A stretch of DNA of 63,856 bases, filler included, from an uncultured Myxococcia bacterium (GCA_964617105.1; 3 parts of 3 records of this genome joined end to end with filler, not necessarily neighbours in it); one strand, 5' to 3'; positions 27,637 to 36,725 are shown, counted from the first letter of the whole stretch. The notes: generated by a model not told the origin, from the sequence alone. Numbers and translations are program-made.

Positions 27637-28899
27637 ATGGCTAAGTGCTACATTTTAGGCGCCGGTTTAACCGGACTCACTGCCGCCTATAAATTACAAG
27701 ATAAATTCTCTGAAGTGAAGGTCTTTGAACAAAAAAATTACCTGGGCGGAATTTGCCAGACTCATAAGATAGAGGGGATAAATTACGAATATGGTCCCCA
27801 TATCCTCTATACAACTACTGAAGAGCAAAAGAAGTTTTGGTTGTCACTGGTTGCCAACAACTTGTTTGACTATTATGTCCGCTGCAGCATCGATGGTAAA
27901 GTGGGCAAATATGAAGAACTCTATGATTTCCCCATCAGCAATAGAAATTTAACCCGTCTGGGAGTGTCATGTTCGCCCCAACCACCCGATTACAGCAATT
28001 TTGAAAACTATATGATCAGTCAAATCGGGCTGAAAGCGTACCAGACTTTTGTGAAAAACTACAACATTAAACAGTGGGGCATACCACCAAGCCAAATGTC
28101 CGCTGAATGGGCAAAAGGCAGACCGTTATCTCTTAAAGAAGATAACCCGAAGATGTTTGGCAATAAATGGGCTGGTCATCCAGGCTCATACCGACATTTT
28201 TTCGAAAAATTGAGTCATGGTTCCAGGCACTATTTAAACCTTAGGATAACTGGTGCTAAAATTGAAGATAATCTAATCAAAACCATTAATTGCCGTGAAT
28301 TGACTGAAGATAAACCAATGGTTGTTCAGGTGGCTCCTGATGATCTGGTGATCAATACTTTACCCATTGATCTCTTTTTTAAAGGAGAGTTGAGTTGGAG
28401 AGGGATCAGGAAAGTTTTTGTGGTCTTGGATAGGGAATCGTTAATGCCAACCTATAGCACAACTTTTCCCAATAATTATCCCTGGACCAGAATAATCGAA
28501 TACCCCAAACATTCTGGCCAAAAGGTAAAGGGCAAGTCGTTGATCTCTTTCGCCCTCCCCTATGGAGTGAAACAGCCGTTGAAGCCAGGATCTATGGAGG
28601 AAATTGATCAATTTATCGATAATGAAATTAAAGCGACAGAATTAAATCGCAGGATTGAACAGGAGGACAATATATATCCCATATCGAGTCATGAAAATTT
28701 GATCAATCTCGATAACATTCTGGCCGAAGCATCGAAGATCAATAATTTCATTACTATTGGACGCCTGGGTCTTTATGCCTATATTTCTATGAGTAGAGCC
28801 GTGGAGATGGTATTCCAACTCTCCCAGTCTATGGAAGATTTAAACAATTCTGCTGAACGTCTGGACTTTTATCAAAGCCTGAGGAAAGATTTGTGGTGA
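27637..28899 (+). CDS. FAD-dependent UDP-galactopyranose mutase (Glf)-like enzyme, divergent
   Basis: ILGAGLTG, EQKNYLGG, YGPHILYT, YNIKQWG, WTRIIEY, IGRLGLYAYISM. Confidence 0.75.
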   Translation: MAKCYILGAGLTGLTAAYKLQDKFSEVKVFEQKNYLGGICQTHKIEGINYEYGPHILYTTTEEQKKFWLSLVANNLFDYYVRCSIDGKVGKYEELYDFPISNRNLTRLGVSCSPQPPDYSNFENYMISQIGLKAYQTFVKNYNIKQWGIPPSQMSAEWAKGRPLSLKEDNPKMFGNKWAGHPGSYRHFFEKLSHGSRHYLNLRITGAKIEDNLIKTINCRELTEDKPMVVQVAPDDLVINTLPIDLFFKGELSWRGIRKVFVVLDRESLMPTYSTTFPNNYPWTRIIEYPKHSGQKVKGKSLISFALPYGVKQPLKPGSMEEIDQFIDNEIKATELNRRIEQEDNIYPISSHENLINLDNILAEASKINNFITIGRLGLYAYISMSRAVEMVFQLSQSMEDLNNSAERLDFYQSLRKDLW

Positions 28900-28904
28900 A
28901 AGAG

Positions 28905-29705
28905 ATGAAGTTGAGTTTTGCCGTCTCTATATCAGAAACCAGGTTTGAGGCAATTGCCAGTGGGAATTGGCAGAAAAATATCAAATTGATGGCAGACCTT
29001 AAATTTGATGGGGTGGAGTTGAGTGTTCGTTCGCCAAAAACTGTTGATCTCAAAAAATTGCTGTCTGATTTGGATAAAACCGGGCTGGAAGTTTCCGCTA
29101 TCGGCACCGGGCAGGCCCTGGTTGACGATTCCCTCTCCCTGACTGATGATGACCAGGAAATTCGTTTTCGGACGATATCAAGGATTAAGCAGCATGTAGA
29201 TTTGGCTTGCCATCTAAAGACCAGGGTAATTATAGGCCTTATTCGCGGCCGGATGGGTCTGGAGCCAAACCGGCGGGCTCAAAAGATCGCCTATTTTAAA
29301 GAGGGTCTCAAACTGTTAGCAGATTACTCTTTGCCCAAAGGGATAACCTTATTGATTGAGCCATTGAACCGGTATGAAGGTGATTATTTAAGTTCTGCCG
29401 AGGAAACTATCGATTTTATAGAGGAGATTGGTTGTTCAAACCTGGCTTTGCTTTTAGATACCTTTCATATGAATATTGAAGAGGCTGATATCCTGGAGAG
29501 TTTCCGAAGATCAAAGAACTATTTACAGCATGTTCATATTGCCGACAGCAATAGAAGATCACCGGGAGAAGGCCACCTTGATATTAGAGGTATTGTCGAG
29601 GTGCTAAAAGAGATCGACTATGACGGTTATTTATCTGGAGAAATTTTAAAGCATATTTTGATAATCTCCCAATTCTCGCGACCAGGTGAATTTCCGGACG
29701 GGTAG
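28905..29705 (+). CDS. iolO: IolO/TM0416-like 5-keto-gluconate epimerase (sugar epimerase TIM barrel); last helix replaced by repeat-derived sequence
   Basis: MKLSF, GTGQA..DSLSL, VIIGLIRG, IEPLNRYE, DTFHMNIEE, HIADSNR..PG.GH, SGE. Confidence 0.75.
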   Translation: MKLSFAVSISETRFEAIASGNWQKNIKLMADLKFDGVELSVRSPKTVDLKKLLSDLDKTGLEVSAIGTGQALVDDSLSLTDDDQEIRFRTISRIKQHVDLACHLKTRVIIGLIRGRMGLEPNRRAQKIAYFKEGLKLLADYSLPKGITLLIEPLNRYEGDYLSSAEETIDFIEEIGCSNLALLLDTFHMNIEEADILESFRRSKNYLQHVHIADSNRRSPGEGHLDIRGIVEVLKEIDYDGYLSGEILKHILIISQFSRPGEFPDG

Positions 29706-29708
29706 TAA
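29670..29708. repeat. MITE-like terminus overlapping the iolO-like 3' end
   Basis: Near-identical to 5022-5060; supplies the TAG stop of the gene. Confidence 0.6.
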
Positions 29709-29711
29709 TCT

Positions 29712-29763
29712 CGTCATTCTTGCAAAATGTGTCTACGATTCCTATTGGGGAGCGGGAATCCAG
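29712..29763. repeat. GTCATTC...GCGGGAATCCAG-type REP-like palindrome with inner hairpin
   Basis: CGTCATTCTTGC...(hairpin)...GCGGGAATCCAG, a degenerate form of the widespread GTCATTCCCGCG..GCGGGAATCCA repeat. Confidence 0.55.
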
Positions 29764-29780
29764 AAAGTTTGAGGCGATAA

Positions 29781-30566
29781 ATGGAAACAAAATTTAGTGA
29801 TAAAGCAGTAGATCAAGTTGGTAGTAATGAGGTTGAATTGTGCAGTGAATTCAACTATATCAAGGGATTTATTTTGGCCAATATTAACCGGTCAACCCCT
29901 TATGAAGATTATAGCCAAGAGAGTGAAACTGCCCTGATTATTCTCCAGGGGGTCTGCGATATAACCATCAATGAGAATCAATATAAAGATATTGGCGAGC
30001 GGAAAAATGTGTTTGACGGGCTACCTTTTGGCGCCTATATACCGGTTGATACCCATTATTCAATTCAAAGTGAACAGGCATTGGTTGCTGTTTGCAAATG
30101 CAAATGTGAAAAAAAAACCAGGGAGCAGATTATTTCTCCAAAGCAGATAAAAGTAATGGAGGTGGGAAAAGATAATTGGACCCGAGAGGTGAGGATCATT
30201 TTAGGTCCTGATTCTCCGGCAGTCAATCTGATCCTGGGAGAGACCATCAATCCGCCGGGGAATTGGTCGGGGATACCACCGGCAAAACATGAGCAGGTTA
30301 ATTTGCCCTATGAGTCGCTTCACGAGGAGTTATACTATTTTAAAACCGATAAACCTCAGGGGTGGGGGGTTGAGAGGATCTATTCCCCGGAGCGGAAGTG
30401 CAATCAATTGGTTCATTTGGAGGATGGGACGGTTACCTTTATGCCCTGGGGATACCACCAGGTGGTAGCCGCTCCAGGATATACTCTCTATTATCTGTTT
30501 TTTCTGGGTGGAGAGGGTAATAATCTGGCTCAATTTGAAGACCCTGAACACAATTGGATAAAATAG
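29781..30566 (+). CDS. IolB/KduI-family cupin isomerase (5-deoxy-glucuronate isomerase-like), divergent
   Basis: RKNVFDG.P, GETINPPGNWSGIPPAKHE, HEELYYF, GYHQVVAAPGYTLYYL, DPEHNWI. Confidence 0.85.
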   Translation: METKFSDKAVDQVGSNEVELCSEFNYIKGFILANINRSTPYEDYSQESETALIILQGVCDITINENQYKDIGERKNVFDGLPFGAYIPVDTHYSIQSEQALVAVCKCKCEKKTREQIISPKQIKVMEVGKDNWTREVRIILGPDSPAVNLILGETINPPGNWSGIPPAKHEQVNLPYESLHEELYYFKTDKPQGWGVERIYSPERKCNQLVHLEDGTVTFMPWGYHQVVAAPGYTLYYLFFLGGEGNNLAQFEDPEHNWIK

Positions 30567-30666
30567 TTCTCTGCAGGCTTTTGATGAATTGTACAAATGC
30601 CACTGATTGTAATTAAGCGGGACTTTGGTAAGGATTTGTTAACATCTTTAAAGGGGAAAAATAGTT

Positions 30667-31596
30667 ATGAAAGATATCTCGGCCGATGATATTGCTAAAA
30701 ATATACCTTTGATCACCAGGAAAGATTTTGCCAGGCAGGTTGAGGCCGGTCAGGTAAAGATTGGTGGCAAAAAACTCACCATCATGGCTGGCCCATGCAC
30801 TGTGGAGAGTAAAAGCCAAATATTTCAAATCGCCAAAGCGGTTAAAGAGTCGGGCGCCGCCATGTTAAGGGGCGGTGTTTTTAAACCGCTCACTTTTCCT
30901 TATGGGGACCCGATTGGCCAACCTGATGCAGATTCTTCTGAACCACCGGCTTTTGACCGGATGCAGGTTCTCTCCAAACCAGAGTTGTTCAAAATGGCGG
31001 AGAAAAGATTTGCCTATTTTAAAGAGGCAGGTGTCAAATATGGCTTGCCGATTATCTCGGAAGTACTCTATGCCGATTCGGTGGAGATGCTCAGCCAATA
31101 TGTCGATGTGTTCCAGATTGGGTACCGTCACATGTTCAATATGGACCTTATCGAAGCGCTGGCTCATACCGACAAGCCGGTTATGATAAAACGTCATTAC
31201 GGGGAGAGTATCCGTTCACTTCTGGGGGTGGGAGAGCATTTTGATGCCAGGGGAAAAGAGAACATTCTCTTTTGTGAGCGCGGTGTTTGCTCTCCCCACA
31301 CTCATAACGTTGAATCCCGGGCCATTATCGATATTCAGGCCATCCCGGCTCTAAAGGAATATTGCCCTTCAGTGCCGGTTATTATCGATCCCAGCCACTC
31401 CACCTTTAAAAGAGACTACGTGTCTGCCATTTCCAGGGCTGCCATAGCCGCAGGGGCGGATGGTCTTCTAATTGAGGTTCATCCAGATCCGGAGAAAGCC
31501 TGGGTCGATCCATTGCAGGCCCTGGGCTTTAAGGCTTTTGACAAATTAATGCGGGAGATAGAAGGGATCGGTAGGGTTATTGGCAGAGAATTGTAA
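30667..31596 (+). CDS. DAHP-synthase type I-beta / KDO8PS-family PEP aldolase-like synthase, atypical
   Basis: MAGPCTVES, LRGGVFKPLT, QIGYRHM, KRH, CERG, DPSHS, EVHPDPEKAWVD; no regulatory domain. Confidence 0.88.
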   Translation: MKDISADDIAKNIPLITRKDFARQVEAGQVKIGGKKLTIMAGPCTVESKSQIFQIAKAVKESGAAMLRGGVFKPLTFPYGDPIGQPDADSSEPPAFDRMQVLSKPELFKMAEKRFAYFKEAGVKYGLPIISEVLYADSVEMLSQYVDVFQIGYRHMFNMDLIEALAHTDKPVMIKRHYGESIRSLLGVGEHFDARGKENILFCERGVCSPHTHNVESRAIIDIQAIPALKEYCPSVPVIIDPSHSTFKRDYVSAISRAAIAAGADGLLIEVHPDPEKAWVDPLQALGFKAFDKLMREIEGIGRVIGREL

Positions 31597-31606
31597 AACG
31601 GTCTGC

Positions 31607-33709
31607 CTACTCGAGCCATTTATTGCCGTCAGTGCAGGCTTTGATAACCGCTTGATACAATCTATGGTTGGCGCAGAAACGTTCTTCTGGAATGGTGGTC
31701 TCGTGTGCCCATTTGATGGTATCGATAACTCGGTTTTCACTGTGCATATAGATAAAGGTGAGAGCCGGTTTTAGTGCGCGCAGCAACTTGTCCTCAAAGG
31801 ATAACAGCCGCTTTATTTTATCTGAAGGCAGGGAAGATGACTGGTTGAGCCGGGCGCATTGTCGGGCCAAATATAGGCACTTTTTAAAACTCAATTTTAA
31901 ATTACCCTTCTCTTTTTTCAGGTATTTTCTTTTCTTTTCTTTGTCGGAGACCATAAGAAGATTGGTGGAAAAGGGTTCCCAATTTTGAATGTGGTTAAAA
32001 TCGAACTGTTCCACCACGGTTTTCAAGGGGATATGCTCCATGTTGTCAATATAGGCCCCGCCCTCTGTACTATTGATTATTCGAACCTGTTCTTTAATCT
32101 CCAGGGCCGAATCTTCAAGAAATTCGCGAGTGATGCTCCAATTTTTAAAAGTCAGCACTTTTTTGTCAAAATATCCCCGGGTTTCCTCCATCTCTTCCTG
32201 GCCGGTCAGATTAATGTGGCTGTGTTGGTTATCCATTTTATTGGCTTTTTGGCTCCAGCCTTTAATCGTAAAAGTTTTATTGTCATCTGACAGGTTGACT
32301 CTGGTGTGTTTGTCGTGAACAGTATGGTCGTAAATCCGCCCATCTTGAAAAGCCAAATCATGTCCAACCAGAATTATCGGGTCACAGCCTAAAAGTTTAG
32401 CTAATGAAAAAGCAGCGGTTGCCACCGTGACACTAGAGTGTAAATAGGTTTCCTTGTCAAACAGGTAGTCGAGCCATTGAGCGATGTTGGTTTCACTGTT
32501 GTATAAAAAAACCTGTTTAAAGTTGAGTTCTAATACCTTTGGATTAACTTGACCGGATAGAATTACCGCCTTTAGTTGTTCAACTGGATAGTCGTCAAAA
32601 TGGTAGCAGATATCAGAAGGAGCCACTACCTGGACAATGTCGGGGATGATATCCTTTTTTTTGAGGGGCGCCAATGCTTTGCTATAGGCCAGTAAAAGGG
32701 CTTTGCCCTTTAGGCTTTGGATGAGATCGATGTTTTTTGCCAAAGAGGGGCCAGGGGCAATCAAGACAATTGGTTTTTTCTGCCATCTATTTTTTAGGGT
32801 CGAGACCAGGGGCCAGCGGGTAAATTGATTCAGGTTGCTAAGGGTTTGGGGAATAGATATTTTAGCAAAATGTTTTTGCCGAAAATTTAATATCATTTTA
32901 TTACGGAAAAAGTTCTCCAGGATACTGGTAAGATACTCAAGTTTTGGGCGGGAAAGAGCCATTTTTAAGAGAGATTTCCCAATGATAGTTTCCGGCAAAG
33001 GAGAGGAAAGATTGTCCATGGCATTTAGCAATTCAGGTTCGTTTCTGACCACCGTTATCAGGGACGGCAGGTTTTCAATGGTTTTTTGATCTTCAAGAAA
33101 AAGGACAATTCGAGTCTGTCCGCGCCGGGCTAACTCTCTAGCCACATCAGCCAAGTCAGAACCAAATAGGATGGAGATATTAAGGTTAAAATTCCAGGCC
33201 AGAGGCAGCATCCGGTCTACAAAACCGGAGATATTTTCGGCCAGGCCCATGTTTCGCCTGCCAACCAGGGCGCCAGTAGGAAACCAGTTGGCCAGCAATT
33301 GCTGTTGGGTAAGAGGCCCGGATTGATTCAGCCAGGCTAAGATAACTTCATTCGCCTGACGGCAGGAGGAGGTTAACTCTTTCATCTGTTCAACCAGGCC
33401 GGACCACTTTGAAAAGTCATCGATATTGATCTCTTCTAGGGCCTGGTGAACCCGGTTGAAATTGGCTCTGGCAACCCGGCTGCGGTCAATTAGTTTTCGG
33501 ATCTCTTTATTATTGCCAGCCTGGCTGGCCACGCTTTTTTTTATTTTTTTTCCCAAACTGTCCAAATCTTTTAGATTAGTCAGCATAAATTTTATCTTGT
33601 CCGAATCCGGCCACTGGGGATCCCAGAGGATCTCTTCAGCCGGCAAATTGATGGTGGTATCTGGTCTGGGGTCAATTTGAGATTGTTGTTTTTGGGGTGA
33701 CTTAGGCAT
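31607..33709 (-). CDS. Maf (motility-associated factor)/DUF115 MptE-like glycosyltransferase
   Basis: IAPGPSLAKNID, IIPDI, SVTVATAAFSLA..LGCDPIILVGHDLAF, INSTEGGAYI. ATG at 33709 after AGGAGA. Confidence 0.85.
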   Translation of the reverse strand: MPKSPQKQQSQIDPRPDTTINLPAEEILWDPQWPDSDKIKFMLTNLKDLDSLGKKIKKSVASQAGNNKEIRKLIDRSRVARANFNRVHQALEEINIDDFSKWSGLVEQMKELTSSCRQANEVILAWLNQSGPLTQQQLLANWFPTGALVGRRNMGLAENISGFVDRMLPLAWNFNLNISILFGSDLADVARELARRGQTRIVLFLEDQKTIENLPSLITVVRNEPELLNAMDNLSSPLPETIIGKSLLKMALSRPKLEYLTSILENFFRNKMILNFRQKHFAKISIPQTLSNLNQFTRWPLVSTLKNRWQKKPIVLIAPGPSLAKNIDLIQSLKGKALLLAYSKALAPLKKKDIIPDIVQVVAPSDICYHFDDYPVEQLKAVILSGQVNPKVLELNFKQVFLYNSETNIAQWLDYLFDKETYLHSSVTVATAAFSLAKLLGCDPIILVGHDLAFQDGRIYDHTVHDKHTRVNLSDDNKTFTIKGWSQKANKMDNQHSHINLTGQEEMEETRGYFDKKVLTFKNWSITREFLEDSALEIKEQVRIINSTEGGAYIDNMEHIPLKTVVEQFDFNHIQNWEPFSTNLLMVSDKEKKRKYLKKEKGNLKLSFKKCLYLARQCARLNQSSSLPSDKIKRLLSFEDKLLRALKPALTFIYMHSENRVIDTIKWAHETTIPEERFCANHRLYQAVIKACTDGNKWLE

Positions 33710-33743
33710 ATAGTTCTCCTGAACAGGCGTGGGCAATCAACTG

Positions 33744-36515
33744 TTAGCAGTGCCCAGGCCGATCCCCTTGTCTTTCGGTTAAAAACCTGCTGGCCACGTG
33801 CATTAAGGGGGGCATTACCAAAATGGTTGAGCACAGGCAGGCTCCCACCCCGATCAGTAGCACTACCCCCAGGCTGGCCATGCCGGGATGGGCGTAAAAG
33901 GCGATATTGCCAAAACCGATCATAGTGGTGAAACTGGTCATCATCACTGCCCGGCCTACGCTGGTAAATATGATTGATAAAGATTTGCTCCTGTCTTCCA
34001 AATATCGGTGCAGCACATGTACTCCATCATCCACGCCAATGCCAATCATAATCGGTACCGCTATCAGGTTGACCATGTTGTATTTGACCCCTAATGCCCA
34101 GGCAGCCAGCAGCATCCAGGTCACTCCCACTCCCAGGGGAACCACTGCCAGCAAGGCTGGTAAAATACGCCTGAAATCCAATAATAGCAGTAAAAAAATA
34201 GCCGCGGCTGTGGCCAGGATAGTCAGGTTACCATCACTGATAAGTTGAGTGTTCATCTCCAGCATCAAAGCGGGAATACCGGTAATCTGGGGCGCTATTT
34301 TAGACACCGTAGCAGTAAATCTCTCCAATGGCTCTTTGTCATAAATAAAATAGCGAGGATACAACTGAACCAGGTATCCACCTTTGCTGCTTTTATAGCG
34401 GTTTAAGATCTCCGGAGGCAGCATATCTTCAGTAACCGGACCCCGGTTGGCGCTCATCTCTTTAAGCCTGGCGGCCAGTAATTTTTGAAAGCGCTCAAAG
34501 AATTTCTGTAAATGTTCTTTATCCACTCTCTGGCCGATTTTAAACTGTTCAACCAATTTTGCCAGAGGGCCTCCTCCTTTTTCTCCACCGGTGAGGCGCT
34601 CCAATTTGGCAACCACCCTATCCTGCCCGCCGATATAGGACAACTCTTCCATCTCCAGAATATTTTGATATAGCCTTTCCAACTGAGCAGTTAAAGATTC
34701 AAGATTGATTTGAGCGGCCAGACTATTCTCTTTGGGTTTCTGGTTGCCGGTCCGAATATTTTTCGATGCTATTGATGAATGATTTTTTTCAGAATCCATT
34801 AAGAACTGGTGTAATTTTTCCACCAACCGGTCATTTTTCTCTTGCCATTTTGGGTCGGGGATCAAAAATGAGATACTGTCGATATCGCCTACCAGCCGTT
34901 TCTTTTTAAACGCCCTGGTCAGTTTACGGGCCTGGCCGATGTTATCTGCCACTACACTGCTCATCTCCGGGCTCATTTTATAGCGGTCAATAATCTCTTT
35001 TTGCAAAAAAACCGAGTCCACTTGCGGCTCCATTTCCAGAAAATTGTATTCATAGGGAATTTGGTCTTTTATCCAAAAGCCCAGAGCCAGGGAGATAATA
35101 GTGAAAGATAAAATCAGCCAGCGCCATTTTACAAAACTCTGGGTAAAGCGTCCCAGGGGAGCGAAATTCGGACTTTTTATCTTTTTGTGCCGGGATATGT
35201 TTCGTTGTTCATGCCATACCAACAAAGAGGGGAGAATTAGCAGGATGGCTCCCAGGGTAAAGAGGATGCCGAAACCAGCGCAGAAACCGAATTCATAGGT
35301 GCCTTTGGATTCAGAAATCATGGTGGCGAAAAAAGCAGCAGCCGTGGTAATCGCCCCCATCATCACTCCCCGGCCGGTTCCCACTACAGCCAAGGTAAGA
35401 GCTTGCTCAAGGGTGCCGCCTTTGAGCCTTTCTTCCCGGAACCGATTTAAGATATGGATGGAAAAATCGATGCCAATACCTATTAAAACCAGCATAATCA
35501 TGGCGGTAATCAGGTTCAGGGTCTTGATAGTTACAGCGTAAAAACCCATGGACCAACTTATGCCTATCAGGAGTGGTAGAATTCCCCATAGAGGTGTCAG
35601 CCAGTCTCCAAAGTTCCAGCGTAGCATAATCAGCACCAACAACAAGGCCAAAATAGTCAGTATCATGGTTTGAGGACCAAGAGTCCTCATCTCGTCAGCA
35701 CCAATGGGGACCATGCCGGTGCGCCTGATTTTTATACCGGGATATTTCTTTTCTATGTTTTTGAGTAAGACCTGAAGATCTTCATCCATTGGTAAATACT
35801 GGTCAAAATCATCAATACTAAAAGTGGAGGCTAAAAGCACCATGGTCATTTGGCGATCTGGAGAGAAATAATAGGGATTGCCAGTGGTTAAATCTCTGAT
35901 TACCCGTTTTACATCAGTCTTGGAATTGCTGTCGGCGGCACTGGAGATGGCCAGCACCAGTTTTTCTATGGAATCCATCCGGTTAACCACGTCTCGTTGG
36001 TTATTGCGGATATTTTCTTCATCACCAACGTATTCTTTTTCTAAATCATTATTGAGATGAGTAAGAAAAGGGAGTAGCCGGGGATCGGAAAAAAGATTAA
36101 CCGTTCGCTTCAGATCCTTAATTTCCATAGTTCGCAAGCCGTGTTTCAGGACAAATTGTTCAGGCATTTTGCCAACTACCAATTTAACCCATTTAGTCTC
36201 CTTCTTAAGGCTTTCGATAACCTCTTCAGTGACCTGTTCCAGTAATATTTCGTTGTCTTCCTCATTGTTTCCTTCAATGTCTCTTTCAATAACCACCAGA
36301 TAGTTGCCGGGATTGGAAAAATCTTTATCAATCCGTTTATACTCCTGCACTACCGGCATGGTTTCCGGCAAAAGGTGAGTCCATTGGTAACTCATTTTAA
36401 TTTGGCTGGCCAATACCAGAGAGATTAAGGTGCTGACCAGAGAAAAGATAAGAACAGTCCGCCGTTTTTCCAGAGCCAGGTAAACCAGCAGTTTAAGGAA
36501 TTTTTTTTTATACAT
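33744..36515 (-). CDS. MMPL/RND-family lipid exporter
   Basis: Two repeats with IGIGIDFSIH and IGIGVDDGVHVLHRY; TTAAAF / TTMIGFG; large periplasmic loops. Confidence 0.92.
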   Translation of the reverse strand: MYKKKFLKLLVYLALEKRRTVLIFSLVSTLISLVLASQIKMSYQWTHLLPETMPVVQEYKRIDKDFSNPGNYLVVIERDIEGNNEEDNEILLEQVTEEVIESLKKETKWVKLVVGKMPEQFVLKHGLRTMEIKDLKRTVNLFSDPRLLPFLTHLNNDLEKEYVGDEENIRNNQRDVVNRMDSIEKLVLAISSAADSNSKTDVKRVIRDLTTGNPYYFSPDRQMTMVLLASTFSIDDFDQYLPMDEDLQVLLKNIEKKYPGIKIRRTGMVPIGADEMRTLGPQTMILTILALLLVLIMLRWNFGDWLTPLWGILPLLIGISWSMGFYAVTIKTLNLITAMIMLVLIGIGIDFSIHILNRFREERLKGGTLEQALTLAVVGTGRGVMMGAITTAAAFFATMISESKGTYEFGFCAGFGILFTLGAILLILPSLLVWHEQRNISRHKKIKSPNFAPLGRFTQSFVKWRWLILSFTIISLALGFWIKDQIPYEYNFLEMEPQVDSVFLQKEIIDRYKMSPEMSSVVADNIGQARKLTRAFKKKRLVGDIDSISFLIPDPKWQEKNDRLVEKLHQFLMDSEKNHSSIASKNIRTGNQKPKENSLAAQINLESLTAQLERLYQNILEMEELSYIGGQDRVVAKLERLTGGEKGGGPLAKLVEQFKIGQRVDKEHLQKFFERFQKLLAARLKEMSANRGPVTEDMLPPEILNRYKSSKGGYLVQLYPRYFIYDKEPLERFTATVSKIAPQITGIPALMLEMNTQLISDGNLTILATAAAIFLLLLLDFRRILPALLAVVPLGVGVTWMLLAAWALGVKYNMVNLIAVPIMIGIGVDDGVHVLHRYLEDRSKSLSIIFTSVGRAVMMTSFTTMIGFGNIAFYAHPGMASLGVVLLIGVGACLCSTILVMPPLMHVASRFLTERQGDRPGHC

Positions 36516-36651
36516 AGCCAGGTATCCTCAAGTTATGAGTGAGTTGCTCGACTTTATAGCCGAGTTTAGCAGTTTTTTAACGATTTTGGGCAAAATTATT
36601 TCTGTCACTATCCCAAAATATAATCGCCTAAAAAAGGCGCGTGTTGACAAC

Positions 36652-36680
36652 TTGACAAAATGAGACTTGATTGCTATACT
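36652..36680 (+). promoter_or_regulatory. Near-consensus sigma70 promoter with extended -10
   Basis: TTGACA-17 nt-TATACT with TG one base before the -10; GGGAGG RBS and ATG at 36726 follow. Confidence 0.75.
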
Positions 36681-36725
36681 AATAATTAGGAACCAATTTG
36701 CAAGAATAGAAGATGGGAGGTAAGT

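Noticed and set aside
28905-30566. iolO + iolB as an ordinary myo-inositol catabolic operon
   Set aside because: No iolG/E/D/C or transporter nearby, the IolB motif is altered, and the neighbours are glycan-biosynthesis genes. An unlinked iol pathway cannot be excluded.
31607-33709. Literal 6-hydroxymethylpterin diphosphokinase (MptE)
   Set aside because: The length (about 700 aa), GxDLAF and INSTEGGA motifs and glycan context fit Maf-type transferases that share this domain.
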